The notes below the pieces were generated by a model. The model made no database searches. It saw nothing but the letters and a program-made list of their open reading frames with translations, and was not told the DNA's origin. Position numbers and translations under genes: made by a program. This document shows, one piece after another, positions 20,676-31,600 of a stretch of DNA of 64,000 bases (positions are counted from its first letter, which is position 1; each line of letters opens with the position of its first letter). The stretch is from an uncultured delta proteobacterium (GTDB lineage Bacteria; Desulfobacterota; Desulfobacteria; Desulfobacterales; Desulfosalsimonadaceae). The stretch lies in NCBI GenBank assembly GCA_963826785.1, contig CAWGYD010000006.1, positions 640,001 to 704,000 of the forward strand, in the 5' to 3' direction.

Positions 20676-21121
20676 GAATGGGTCTCCTGTTTCATGGATG
20701 TGTGGGCAGGATTGGATCTGACGGGGTTGGGCCCGAGACTGCGGACGGTTTCGATCATGTCGACGACGATCTCGACAAAGCGGCGGGCGTCTGCCGCGCC
20801 GATGTTCACCATCCGCAGGCGTTCTTTTTCGAATCCGGCTTCGGCCAGAATCGCGCGGGCATAATCGACCCGGCGCTTGGCCATGAAGTTGCCTTCGATA
20901 AAATGGCAGCTGCCTTCCTCGCACCCGGCCACGAGAACCCCGTCGGCCCCGTTTTCAAAGGCCCGCATAAAATATTCCACTTCCAGCTTGCCGGTGCAGG
21001 GCGTCCGGATAATCCGGATGTTGGGGGGGTACTGCAGTCGCATGGAACCTGACAGGTCCGCGGAGGAATAGGCTCAGTAATGGCAGCAGAAGGCCACGAT
21101 TTTCGGTTCGAAATTTTCCAT
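20672..21121 (-). CDS. mvhD: MvhD/FlpD [2Fe-2S] selenoprotein (UGA=Sec at codon 16)
   Basis: [45 protein letters not shown] in frame with the 20672..21043 ORF; TGA at 21074-21076; hairpin follows. Confidence 0.9.
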
Positions 21122-21167
21122 GGGTTTCCTGATATTTGCTTTTTTTAGCAATTGGGTTTCGGCCTTT

Positions 21168-21255
21168 CTCCCCCCCTTTTTTTCAAAGGGGGGCGGGGGG
21201 GATTTTTTGTAGTGCGATCAAATCCCCCTGAATCCCCCTTTGAAAAGGGGGACTT
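21168..21255. repeat. Inverted pair of C/G-tract REP-like repeats, type A
   Basis: CTCCCCCCCTTTTTTTCAAAGGGGGGCGGGGGGGATTTT and CAAATCCCCCTGAATCCCCCTTTGAAAAGGGGGACTT. Confidence 0.72.
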
Positions 21256-21280
21256 TGGACCCCGGTTCTCCGGGGATTTT

Positions 21281-24200
21281 TTAATTCGCTATCCGTTCAT
21301 TACACGAAAACAGGTCGTCCAACATGATGTTGAAGTGCCGGGCCTCGAAATGGTTCAGCTGGATGGCCCGGGCCGGGCATTCGGATGCGCAGATGCCGCA
21401 CCCCATGCACTTGGCGGCCGCGATTTCCGCCTTATGGTCGCGGTTGACAAACGGCGCCCCATAGGGGCAGGAGTGGACGCAGGTCATGCACGAAATGCAT
21501 TTTGACTGGTCCACCCGGGAAACCTGGGCGCCGACTTCCAGATGCGTCTTTGACAGCACGGTGGCGGCTCTGGCCGCCGCGGCCCGGGCCTGGGAGATGT
21601 TCTCGTCCATGAACTTGGGCGAGTGGGCCAGCCCGCACAGGAAGATCCCTTCACTGGCGAAATCCACCGGCCGCAGCTTCAGGTGGGCCTCCACGAAAAA
21701 GCCGTCCGGCGTTTAACGGCACCTTGAGCATGTTCGACAGGGCGTGATTGGCCGGCGCGGGCGAAATCCCCGTGCTCAGGACCACATGGTCCGCCTCGAT
21801 CTCGATGGGCTCGGGGAAATCCGGGCTGTGAAGCGCCACCAGAAGCCCGTTGTCGTCTGTCACCACCGGCGGTTTTGCCTCATCATAGCGGATGAACACC
21901 ACCCCGGCCCGGCGGGCCGTCTTGTAATATTTCTCCCGGAACCCGTAGGTCCGGATATCCCGGTAGAGGACGAAGATGTTCGCATCCGGGTTTTTCTTTT
22001 TGATGGCCAGCGCATTCTTGACCGCCATGGAGCAGCAGATCCGGCTGCAGTAGGCGCGCTCGTCGTTGCGCGATCCCACGCACTGGATCATGACGATGTT
22101 TTTGCCGGCGCCGTCAAATGTCTGATCATGCAGACCCTTTTCCAGTTCCACCTGGGTGATCACGCTTGGGGATGCATCGATGCGGTACTCGGAAGTTTCT
22201 GCCATGTCCGCCCCGGTGGCCACGATGATGGCGCCGCAGGGGACCTCGACGGGTTCACCGCCGTTTTGAGACAGTTTTGCGGAAAACTTGCCCACATGCC
22301 CGGCAATGCCGGCCACTGCCGTTTCCAGGTGAAGTATCACATGGGGATGTGTTTTGACTTTTTGAACCAGGGAATCGGTGAAATCCGATATCGCCTCGTG
22401 CTCCAGGGTGCCGTGGATGTCGCGCAGATGACCGCCGAGAGATGCGGTCTTCTCCACCAGGTGCACCTTGAAGCCCTGCTCCGCCAGGGACAGGGCCGCG
22501 GTCATGCCGCTCAAGCCGCCCCCGATGACCAGGCCCAGTTGGTTGATGGCAAGCGTTTCCCCCAGCTGGGGGGAAAGATGCCGGGCCCGGGCAATGGACA
22601 TGCGCACCAGTTCGATGGCTTTTTGGGTGGCCGCTTCCGGCTGGGATGCGTGCACCCAGGAGCACTGATCCCGGATATTGGAAAGATCGAACAGGTAGGG
22701 GTTTAGGCCCGCTTCCCGCAGGGTTTCCCGGAACAGGGGCTCATGGGTCCGGGGGGTGCAGGAGGCCACCACGATCCGGTTGAGCCGGTGGGCGGCAATG
22801 GCCTCCTTGACCGACGAGAGGCTGGCATCGGAGCAGGCATACATGGAGTGGGTGGCAAAGATGACGTCGGGATCGTGCTCGATGGCCGCGGTCACCTTTT
22901 CCACATCCACGGTGGAGGCGATATTGATGCCGCAGTGGCAGACAAACACGCCGATTCTGGGCTTCTCATCGGTGATATCGCGTTCCTGCGGATACTCCCG
23001 TTTGGCGACGAGCGTGTTGCGGGCTTTCCCCAGCAGTTCCATGGCCATGGAGGCCGCGCCGCTGGCCTGGGTGACGGTTTCGGGAATATCCTTGGGCTCC
23101 TGGAACACGCCGGCCACAAAGATGCCCGGCCGGGAGGTTTCAAGGGGGGAGAAGCGGTCCGTGGCGGCAAATCCGTATTCGTTGAGCGCGATGCCAAGGC
23201 GTGAAATCGGTTCGGAAACCGTTCTTTTGGGGTCGAGCCCCACAGACAGGACCACCAGGTCGAACTCCCGTTCTTTAATCCCCTCGCCGGTCATAAACCG
23301 CAGCCGAAGGTCCTTGGTGCCGGGAATCTCCAGGACCCGGGAGGGAATGGCTCTTGATATAACGGATGTTGCCCTGGCTTTTGGCGCGTTCGTAATACTG
23401 GTCGAAGTCTTTGCCGAAGGCCCGGATATCCATGTAGAAGATGGCGGCTTCAAGACCGTCGACATGCTCGCCGGCCACCAGGGCCTGCTTGGTGGCGGCC
23501 ATGCAGCAGATGGAGGAGCAGTATTCCTTTTCGCACCGCAAATCCCGGGACCCCACGCACTGGATAAAGGCGATGCGCCGGGCTTCGCGCCGGTCGGAGG
23601 GGCGCAGCACATGGCCGGCAAAGGGCCCGGCGGCTGACAGCATCCGCTCGAACTGGACGCTGGTGAGGACGTTGGCATACCGGCCGAAACCGTATTCGCC
23701 TTTGAGCTCGGCCTCAAATTCCTGAAAACCGGGGGCCAGGATGACCGAGCCGACCTCAAGGGCGATCACTTCTTCTTTCATGGCGTGGTCGATGGCCTCT
23801 TTCTCGCAGGCATCCACGCACGCGCCGCATTCGGAGCAAATGGCGCAGTTTAGACACCGCTCGCTTTCCGCCATGGCCTGATCTTCAGAAAAGGCCGTGC
23901 TCGATTTCCGAAAAATCACGGATGCGCTGGGTTACCGGCAGTTCATCGGCTGCGGCCCGCGGCGTTTTTTCTATGCCTTTGGCCGACGGCAGCAGCTTTT
24001 CCGGCACCGGTTGGAGGGTATCGGCAAACCGCGGCGTTTCCGGGTTGACGCCCCGGACATAGCGGTCGATGGATTCGGCGGCCCGCTTTCCCGCAGCCAC
24101 CGCTTCAATCACCGTGGAAGGCCCGGTGACGATATCCCCCCCGGCAAAGATGCCCGGGATTTCGGTGACGCAGTTGGCATCGGCGATGATGTTTCCCCAG

Positions 24201-25753
24201 GCGTTCACCTTCAGGTCGTGCGCCGCATCGGAAAGCGAGGTATCCGGCTGGCTGCCGATGGCCAGGATCGCCGTGTCCGCGCTCATCTCGAATTCGGACC
24301 CCGGCTCCGGAACCGGCCGTCGGCGCCCGGATGCATCCGGTTCGCCAAGCGTCATCCGGATGCACTTTACCCGGCCCAGCCGGCCGTCGGCGCCGGCGAC
24401 AAATTCCACGGGATTGGTGAGAAACGCAAACCTCACCCCTTCGTCAACGGCATGCCGGATCTCTTCCGGAATGGCGGGGAGTTCGTTTTTGCTCCGGCGA
24501 TAGACGATGGTGACCTTGTCCGCGCCCAGCCGGACGGCGCAGCAGGCGGCATCCATGGCCACGTCCCCGCCGCCGACCACGATCACATGCCCGTTAAGGG
24601 ATGGCTTGTTGTCGGTGGTGCTGGCCCGGTAAAGAAATTCAAGCCCCTGGACCACCCCGGGCAGGTCATCCCCCTTGACCTTTATGGGCGTGCCCTTCTG
24701 GGTGCCGATGCCCACAAATACGGCCTGGTGATCGTTGCGCAGTTGTTCGAAAGAGATGTCTTTGCCCACCCGGCAATTGTAAACAAAGGAGACCCCTTTT
24801 CGCCGGATCAGTTCGACTTCGTAGTCGAGGATGTCCGCCGGGAGGCGGTAGTCCGGGATGCCCCACCGGAGCATGCCGCCCGCAGCCGGCGATGCCTCAT
24901 ACACGCTCACGGCATACCCCCGGTCGGCCAGATCCTGGGCCGCCGTTAAACCCGAGGGGCCGGCGCCGATCACCGCGATTTTTGCAGCATCCGATGCCGG
25001 AATTTTTTCTTCGGGAAGAGCGATCTCCCCCGAGGCTACCAACTCCATTTCTTTGTCTGAGGCAAAGCGCTTCAGCTGCCGGATGGCCACCGCTGAATCG
25101 ACATTTTTCCGGGTGCAGGCACTCTCGCAGGGATGGGTGCAGACCCGGCCGCAGATGGCGGAGAGCGGGTTGCGCTCCCGGATCAGCCGGACCGCCTTGA
25201 CGTATTCCTTTTTTTTGATGAGCTGGATATACCCCTGAACGTTGATGTTTGCCGGGCATGCGGTCTTGCAGGGGGCGTGTCCGAGTTTGAGGATGCCCAC
25301 CTTGTTGGGCACCGCCTGGGGCGAATACTTGGCGATGGCCTTGCGCCTGCCCAGGTTCCGGTTAAACCGGTCATCGAGCTCAACCGGGCAGACCGGGGAG
25401 CAGTCCCCGCAGTCGTTGCAGATCTTCGGGTCGACATAGCTGGGGGATTTTTTGACGGTTGCCGTGAAACGGCCGGGCTCGCCTTCGACGTTGAGCAGCT
25501 CCGAGTAATTCAGGATTTCGATGTTCAGGTTGCGGGCGCACTCCACCAGTTTGGGGGAGACGATGCAGGTGGCGCAGTCGCCCGTGGGAAACGTCTTGTC
25601 CAGGTGGGACATCATGCCCCCGATGGCCCCGCCGCGTTCGACCAGGTAGACCTTGAATCCCGAGTTGGCCAGATCGAGGGATGCCTGGACCCCGGCGATT
25701 CCGCCTCCCTGCACCAGCACCGCGCCGGTGGGTTTTTTTTCATTTTCGACCAT
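21281..25753 (-). CDS. hdrA: Large HdrA/HdrL-type flavoprotein: HdrA module with inserted GltD-like NAD(P)H domain plus second HdrA module; frameshifts ~23900, ~23355, ~21710
   Basis: GGGIAG..LDKTFPTGDCATC; CPANINVQGY..CGRVCTHPCE; GAGPSG; GGGDVAMD; IQCVGSR..YCSSICC; RIGVFVCHCG; second IQCVGSR..CSRICC; C-terminal 2x[4Fe-4S]. Confidence 0.9.
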
Positions 25754-25757
25754 GATA

Positions 25758-26655
25758 TTAAATGTTCCTTGAAATCGTCTGGGCAGTTGCGTTCACGGCA
25801 TTGATGATTTTCGACGGGGAGACCACCAGCTTGTTCAGGCCGAGCCGGTCCGGTGATATGCCCAGGCACAAACCGATCAGCTGGCGTGATATAGATCACC
25901 GGCATGTCATAGCGCCGCCCGGTGGTTTTTTGAATATCGATCTGCCGGAGGTCCAGGTTCACCTGGCACAAGGGGCAGGCCACGGCGATGCAGTCGGCCC
26001 CCGCGGCCTTGGCCATGCCGATAATCGCATCGGACAAGCTCACCACGAGATCGGATCGGGTGGTCAGGGACAGGCTGTTTCCGCAGCATTCCACCTTGCC
26101 GGGCCAGTCCAGGCTTTGTCCGCCCAGGGCCGTGACCAGGGTGTCTATCGACCGGGGGTTTTCCGGGTCGTCGAAACGGGTGACCTCGTGGGGCCGGACC
26201 AGCAGGCACCCGTAATAAGAGGCCACCTTGAATCCGTTCAAGGGGCGGGTGATTGCTTTTTCAAGAAAATCCATGCCGCAGTCTTCGAAAAGCACTTCCA
26301 TCAGATGCTTTACCTTGACCGAACCGTCGTAATCCCGGCCGATGGCATCGGCGATTTTGGCGCGCATGCCCGGATGGTTTTCGATTTCGTAATTTGCCGT
26401 TTTCAGACGGTTGTAGCAGGCGGCGCAGTTCACCACCACATCGAGGCCCATGTCTTTGGCCAGCACCAGGTTCGCCGCCGAAAGACTCGCCGCCAGATAA
26501 CGGTCGGTCTGGTGTCCCGGCGTGGCGCCGCAGCAGGACCAGCCCTTGATTTCGATCATGTCGATGCCCAGCGCCCGGGCCACGGCGAGGCTGGATGCAT
26601 GCTGGTCGCGGGCGGACGATTCCGAGGAACACCCGGGATAATAGGCATATTTCAT
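25758..26655 (-). CDS. hdrB: Heterodisulfide reductase subunit B; frameshift ~25885
   Basis: YAYYPGCS, CCG..CAAC, YYGCLLVRP, ECCG..ACPLCQVNLD; corrected end QLIGLCLG...TAA 25758. Confidence 0.9.
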
Positions 26656-27215
26656 TATAAAATTTCCTTGTTTTGCCTGACTTTGGCAAATATCCGCTTC
26701 ACCGTTTTCCGGTTGGGGCTCCAGGAGGGAAGGATGGCGATTTTTTTCTTCCTGAAGATGACGGGGATCTTGTCCGAGTCCCGTCCGTAGGAGGAAGTGC
26801 CGCTTTTATACAGGGCCATCAGCCCCAGATCATAGGTGCGGCCGAAAATCTTGACGGTCTTGAGAAAAGCCCGGTTGAACAGCGGGATGTTGCCTTCCGG
26901 GACGGCGGCGTTTCGCTCGACGGCCAGTTTGCGCAGCACATCCATGACCGACACCAGATCGATCCCCATGGGGCAGCGGGCATGGCAGGTTTCACACGAG
27001 ACGCACGTCCAGATCAGGCTGTTTGAAAGCAGTTCATTGCCGGCGCCCAGCTGCAGGCGGCGGATCAGTTCGGAAGGGGGAGACGGGACATGGCCTGAAA
27101 CGGTGCACCCGCATGAACATTTACGGCATTGATAGCAAAGACCGATATCCACGCCGGACATCTTTGCCACCGTATCGCGTATCCCTGTTTGGCCTTTTTT
27201 GATTCGAATCGTCAT
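26655..27215 (-). CDS. hdrC: Heterodisulfide reductase subunit C
   Basis: CYQCRKCSCGC and IWTCVSCETCHARCP. Confidence 0.9.
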   Translation of the reverse strand: MTIRIKKGQTGIRDTVAKMSGVDIGLCYQCRKCSCGCTVSGHVPSPPSELIRRLQLGAGNELLSNSLIWTCVSCETCHARCPMGIDLVSVMDVLRKLAVERNAAVPEGNIPLFNRAFLKTVKIFGRTYDLGLMALYKSGTSSYGRDSDKIPVIFRKKKIAILPSWSPNRKTVKRIFAKVRQNKEIL

Positions 27216-27224
27216 ATGATCATC

Positions 27225-29918
27225 CTAATTGCTCAGGTCCCCCACCGTTTCCATCTCGCGCGGCTTTTCCATCGCCTTTTTCATGGCCGCGCCCACCGCG
27301 GAGGGGACGACTTTGCGGTAGACGCTTTCCGGGGGCATCGATTTACCGTCGATGGTTAGCAGGTCCTCGATGCGGATATTGAAAAGCCGTTCGTTTTCCG
27401 TCAGGTACGGCCGTATCAGCTCCCAGTCCGCATCGGTTAAGGGGAGAAACATGCCGCCGTTTAACTGTCCGTCCACCATGATGCCGTGCGGGTCCCGGAT
27501 ATAGATGGCCCCGCCGGAGGCCAGCGAGAAGAGGTTGCCGCCGGGATAGGGCTGGGGCAGGGGAACGATGGCGCCGTCATCATCGAACCGGATGCCGTTT
27601 ACGATGACAAACCCGCCCCCCTGGTGGGGATCTCCGGCCATGAACGATTCGGCCAGAAAGTCGAGCGCCGTGCCGTTGATCACCACCCGGGGCCGCCCCA
27701 CGGAGTTGATGAGCGGGCCGGCCGGCGGCATTGCCCATCACATAGACCACCCCGCCCTTGGCGCCGTACATGAAGGTCTGGCCGACATCGCCGTAGACCA
27801 CCAGTTTGCCGCGCTTGAAAATCTGCCCCAGCTGATCCTGGGCATTGCCGTGAACCGTAACGGCCATCCCGTCGATCCCGGAGGCGAGGTAATCGCCGCG
27901 AGCTCCCGTACACGTCGATGACCACGTCATCCGTGTCCGGTCCGAGTCCGCACCCGACATATCGCTGGCCCGAACACCGGTAGCAGATAAATTTTCGCCA
28001 TCCTTTAATAAATGCGTCCACCAGAAGCGCCGCGTCGCAGTCATCGCCTTCCGGAGGAAACCCATGCGCGTTGATCACCAGGGTGGTCTTCGCCGGAAAG
28101 CGGCGCCCTCAGACAATGGCGGGTGTCAAAATCGATCAGGCGGTAGGGGCTTTTCTCCGCGTCCCCGGCGTCAATGGGCGGGAGGCTGCCGAAGAGGCGG
28201 TCGAGTTCCCCGTGGACAATATGCAGCAGATGGCTTCTTTTCTTGGCACCGGTCGGATATCGAAGATCGTTGAGCAGCGTCAATGACTGAATCGCCCTGC
28301 GGGTAAACCGGGGATTTTTCCCCTTTTTCCGGATCGCCTGGCAGGCGGCGCCCACATCGTCGAAATTCCAGCCGGGAACCGCGTCACGGACAGCGGCGAA
28401 AATATCGGCGGCATCGCCGGTTTCCATGCAGCCGTTGATCCTGCTCTCAATTTCCGGATGGGGCGCCGGTGATCCTTCGTTTTGTAAAATCGCATGATTC
28501 GGATTGCTCCGGCAGGGGAACTGCCGCGCCGAACTTGTCCGTGCAGCTGATCCGCATATTGCCGGCAAGCATCCGGCGCCAGATTGAAGATAAACGCCCC
28601 GCCGTCCGTGTGGCTGCCGCCCCGGGCGTTCCAGTACCGGTCCGCCACCGGGCAGATCCGCTTGTCGTCTTTGGCCAGGCTGGTGAGCGTGGCGTCGATG
28701 GCCTGCTTCTCGGATGCGATCAGACCGACCTGCACCTCTCCGTCCGCGAAGGCGAACACCTGGGGCCGCAGCATGGAGGTGTCGGTGATGCCCAGAAGCT
28801 GGAATTTATTCTTTTCGGGAATGTTGCGGGCGATGATGAAAAACCAGGGGCCGTCGGGCGAGCCGTGGATGTGCGTTGCCTGGATGGCCCGGTAGATCTT
28901 CTGCTTTTCGGCGGGCAGATGGTCAAAATCGAGTTCCGTGGTGGGCGCCAGCGCTTCGATGATGTACTCCAGCGGGTATTTGTAGGTCCGGTTGAGCAGG
29001 TCGAACATGAGGGCGGACACCTCCGTGTCGGTGATAAACTGCGGGAAGATGTTGCGCTGGAGCAGGTATTCGGTAACGCAGTGGTAATTGGCGAAATCGC
29101 CGTTGTGGACCAGGGCCATGTTGATCCCGGCAAAGGGATGGGCGCCGCCGGGATGCCAGACCCGCCCCTTGGTGGGAAACCGCTGGTGGGCGATCCAGGC
29201 ATGGGCGGCCAGATCTTCGATCTTGTAGTATTTTACGATGGCTTCGGCATAGCCGACCACCTTCAGGATCATGATGTTTCGGCCGTGGGACAGGACAAAT
29301 GCCTGCTGATCCTTAAGCGACGCGTAGTATTCCTGGTTGAGCCGGAAACTGTTCTGGTTGACAAACTCGTCTTCGGCTTCCCGGGGGGCGAATCCCTCAA
29401 ACCCGTTTTCTTCTATAAAGGTGGCAAGGACATCTTCCTTCACCCGGACGAAATACCGCCACACATCCGGCGGCCTGACTTCCAGTCCACTGACGGCTGT
29501 CCAGTCGTCCACTTTGTCCAGCGTCGTTTGAGGCTTTCACATCGAAATGGGGCGTGATGTATTTTTCCTCCAGCGCCGGCCGGACCTCCGGGTCCAGATA
29601 GGCCACATGAATCATGTAGCAGGTGTCCAGGATTTCCCGGCTGACCCCCAGCTGCTCCGGGACCAGGCCGACGGCGGCGATTCCCCCGCCTTTTCCGTTT
29701 CCGCGGTTGTGCATCAGCCGCGACGGCTCATATATGTGGCGTCCGGCCACCGGCTGGGTGCAGCAGAAGCCGACGACCCCGCAGCCCCCTTCTTCCTCGC
29801 CCTTTGCGACGCTGCAGGGAAGTTCAAGATTGCGGACGAGGCGTTTTTTTGATTCCAGAAGCTTTTGTATCCTATCCAATTTCCAATGCTCCACGGTAGG
29901 TGTGGTCGAAAATATCAT
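27225..29918 (-). CDS. Glutamate synthase-like Ntn glutamine amidotransferase fused to GltB C-terminal (GltB3) beta-helix; about 6 frameshifts
   Basis: EEEGGCGVVG, MHNRGNGKGGG, AHQRFPT..AHPF..VHNGD, DGPW, LRP; then GDYLASGIDG..HGNAQD, GDVGQTFMYGAKGG, AESFMAG, ASGGAIY. Confidence 0.85.
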
Positions 29919-30060
29919 TCAAAGGGTTTATTTACGGGATGGCACGCATAAAAAAACGTCTTTCCCGGAAAAACCGGATAAGACGCCTTTGTCTTGTTCC
30001 TCTATTTTTGCTCGCTAAAACACGCCGTTGTGCTTTGTCGGGCAGCATGAAAGGTGCTGA

Positions 30061-30089
30061 AATATATTTTTTATTGATATGTTTGTCAA
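30061..30089 (-). promoter_or_regulatory. Sigma70 promoter of the GltB/Hdr/MetFV operon
   Basis: TTGACA-N17-TATATT on minus strand. Confidence 0.6.
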
Positions 30090-30380
30090 GGAATTTAGAA
30101 AAAAATCAATTATTTAGCTAAACTTACGGATAATGGATTTTTTTAACTTTGGCTAACATGGAACAAGTCCATGCGGGAAGGCGTCATTGTGATCCCGTGA
30201 TATCTTAAAAACCAAAATAAAGGCCTTCGAATCGGAAACTACAGGTTTGACCCCATTCATATTCAGGAGACGTTTAAGGTATCCTTATCATCAAATCAGT
30301 TCAAAATTGCGCGCAGGCGGTGTTTTCAAATCAAGAAGAACCGGGCATGCCCTGTCCGTCTTTAAACCGAAAGCGATGAA

Positions 30381-30707
30381 ATGATGCCGATCACATTGAG
30401 CCGATATGCCCTGGTGGGAATGGTAGGGTTGATGGTGCTGGGCCTGGCCCTGATCGGGGCGGCCCTCTTCCGGCCGAAACCGCAGGCGCGGGATGTGCCG
30501 ACGGGTTGGCACCCGTATCTCATCGGGTACCCGGTTTACGCGCTGATATTTATCTCCTTCGACATGGAAATGATTTTCATGTACCCATGGGCGGTGGTTT
30601 TCGTGAAACACGGGGTAAAGGCTTTTATGGATATGCTGGTATTTATCGGGTTGCTGGCGGCCGGGATCAGTTACGCCTGGGGCATGGGGGGGTTCAAGTG
30701 GGAGTAG
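30381..30707 (+). CDS. nuoA: NuoA-like subunit lacking the YECG loop
   Basis: YALIFISFDMEMIFMYPWAV, YAW..GGFKW. Confidence 0.85.
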   Translation: MMPITLSRYALVGMVGLMVLGLALIGAALFRPKPQARDVPTGWHPYLIGYPVYALIFISFDMEMIFMYPWAVVFVKHGVKAFMDMLVFIGLLAAGISYAWGMGGFKWE

Positions 30708-31600
30708 TGCTGACGGCATTTTATCTGATGGCGGGTCTTGCCGCCGGGGCCTGGCTCACCCAGCAGATCGAACGGCGGGTCTACGGCACCCGGTATGAAG
30801 CGGGCCCTGCCCGTCCGGTCAATTTCACTACCGTGCCGTCAACCCCCCGCGCGGACCGCTGGATGTATGCGGCCGGACCGGTCAGCGCCCTTTTCGGCGT
30901 TGCCGCGGCCCTGGTGGTCATCCCTTTCAGCCGAACCTGGATCGGGGCGGACCTGGGGATCGGCGTCTTCTATTTCATCGTGGTGGTGGATTTTACGGTA
31001 CTGGGGCTGGCCATGGGCGGATGGGGGGCCAACACGCCCGATGGCGCGGAAGTCTACTACCGCGCCACGGCCCAGCTAATCTCCTATGTGATCCCGCTGG
31101 GCCTGGCCTATATCGGGGCCATCATGATGGCAAAATCCCTTTCCACCGTCAAAATCGTGGAGGCCCAGTCCGGGCTCTGGTTCATTGTCACCCAGCCCGT
31201 CGGATTTGCCCTCTATGTGGTGACCGCCCTCATGCAGAGTTTTCGGCCCCCGTTTGTGGAAGCGTTTTCCAGAAAAATCGATTACGGGGTGCTGACCCTC
31301 TATGGCGGCGGATATGCCGTTATCTGGCGCGTGGCCATGTCCGGGCTGCTGTTCGCGGTATCGGCCATGGGCGCGGTCCTGTTTTTGGGGGGCTGGCAGG
31401 GGCCGCTGCTGCCGGGACCGGTATGGATGCTGCTTAAGACCTTGCTGATGATGCTTTTGCTCACCGTTGCCGGATCGCAAATCCAGCCGCTGACGACGCA
31501 CCAGATGCTTCAGTTTTCCTGGAAGGTGCTCACGCCGGTGGGGCTGGCCAATGTTTTGCTGGTGGGGCTGGAAATCCTGCTGGGGGTGGGAGTGAAATGA
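30707..31600 (+). CDS. nuoH: Degenerate NuoH-like subunit
   Basis: GTG overlapping nuoA stop; DLGIGVFY, GGWGAN, RATAQLISY, SLSTVKIVEAQ, LFLGGWQGP, SWKVLTP. Confidence 0.8.
   Translation: MLTAFYLMAGLAAGAWLTQQIERRVYGTRYEAGPARPVNFTTVPSTPRADRWMYAAGPVSALFGVAAALVVIPFSRTWIGADLGIGVFYFIVVVDFTVLGLAMGGWGANTPDGAEVYYRATAQLISYVIPLGLAYIGAIMMAKSLSTVKIVEAQSGLWFIVTQPVGFALYVVTALMQSFRPPFVEAFSRKIDYGVLTLYGGGYAVIWRVAMSGLLFAVSAMGAVLFLGGWQGPLLPGPVWMLLKTLLMMLLLTVAGSQIQPLTTHQMLQFSWKVLTPVGLANVLLVGLEILLGVGVK

Noticed and set aside
15639..29918. Whole operon as pseudogenes or as programmed frameshifting
   Set aside because: Breaks are nearly all single insertions in unrelated contexts, with no nonsense codons and intact motifs; best explained as read error
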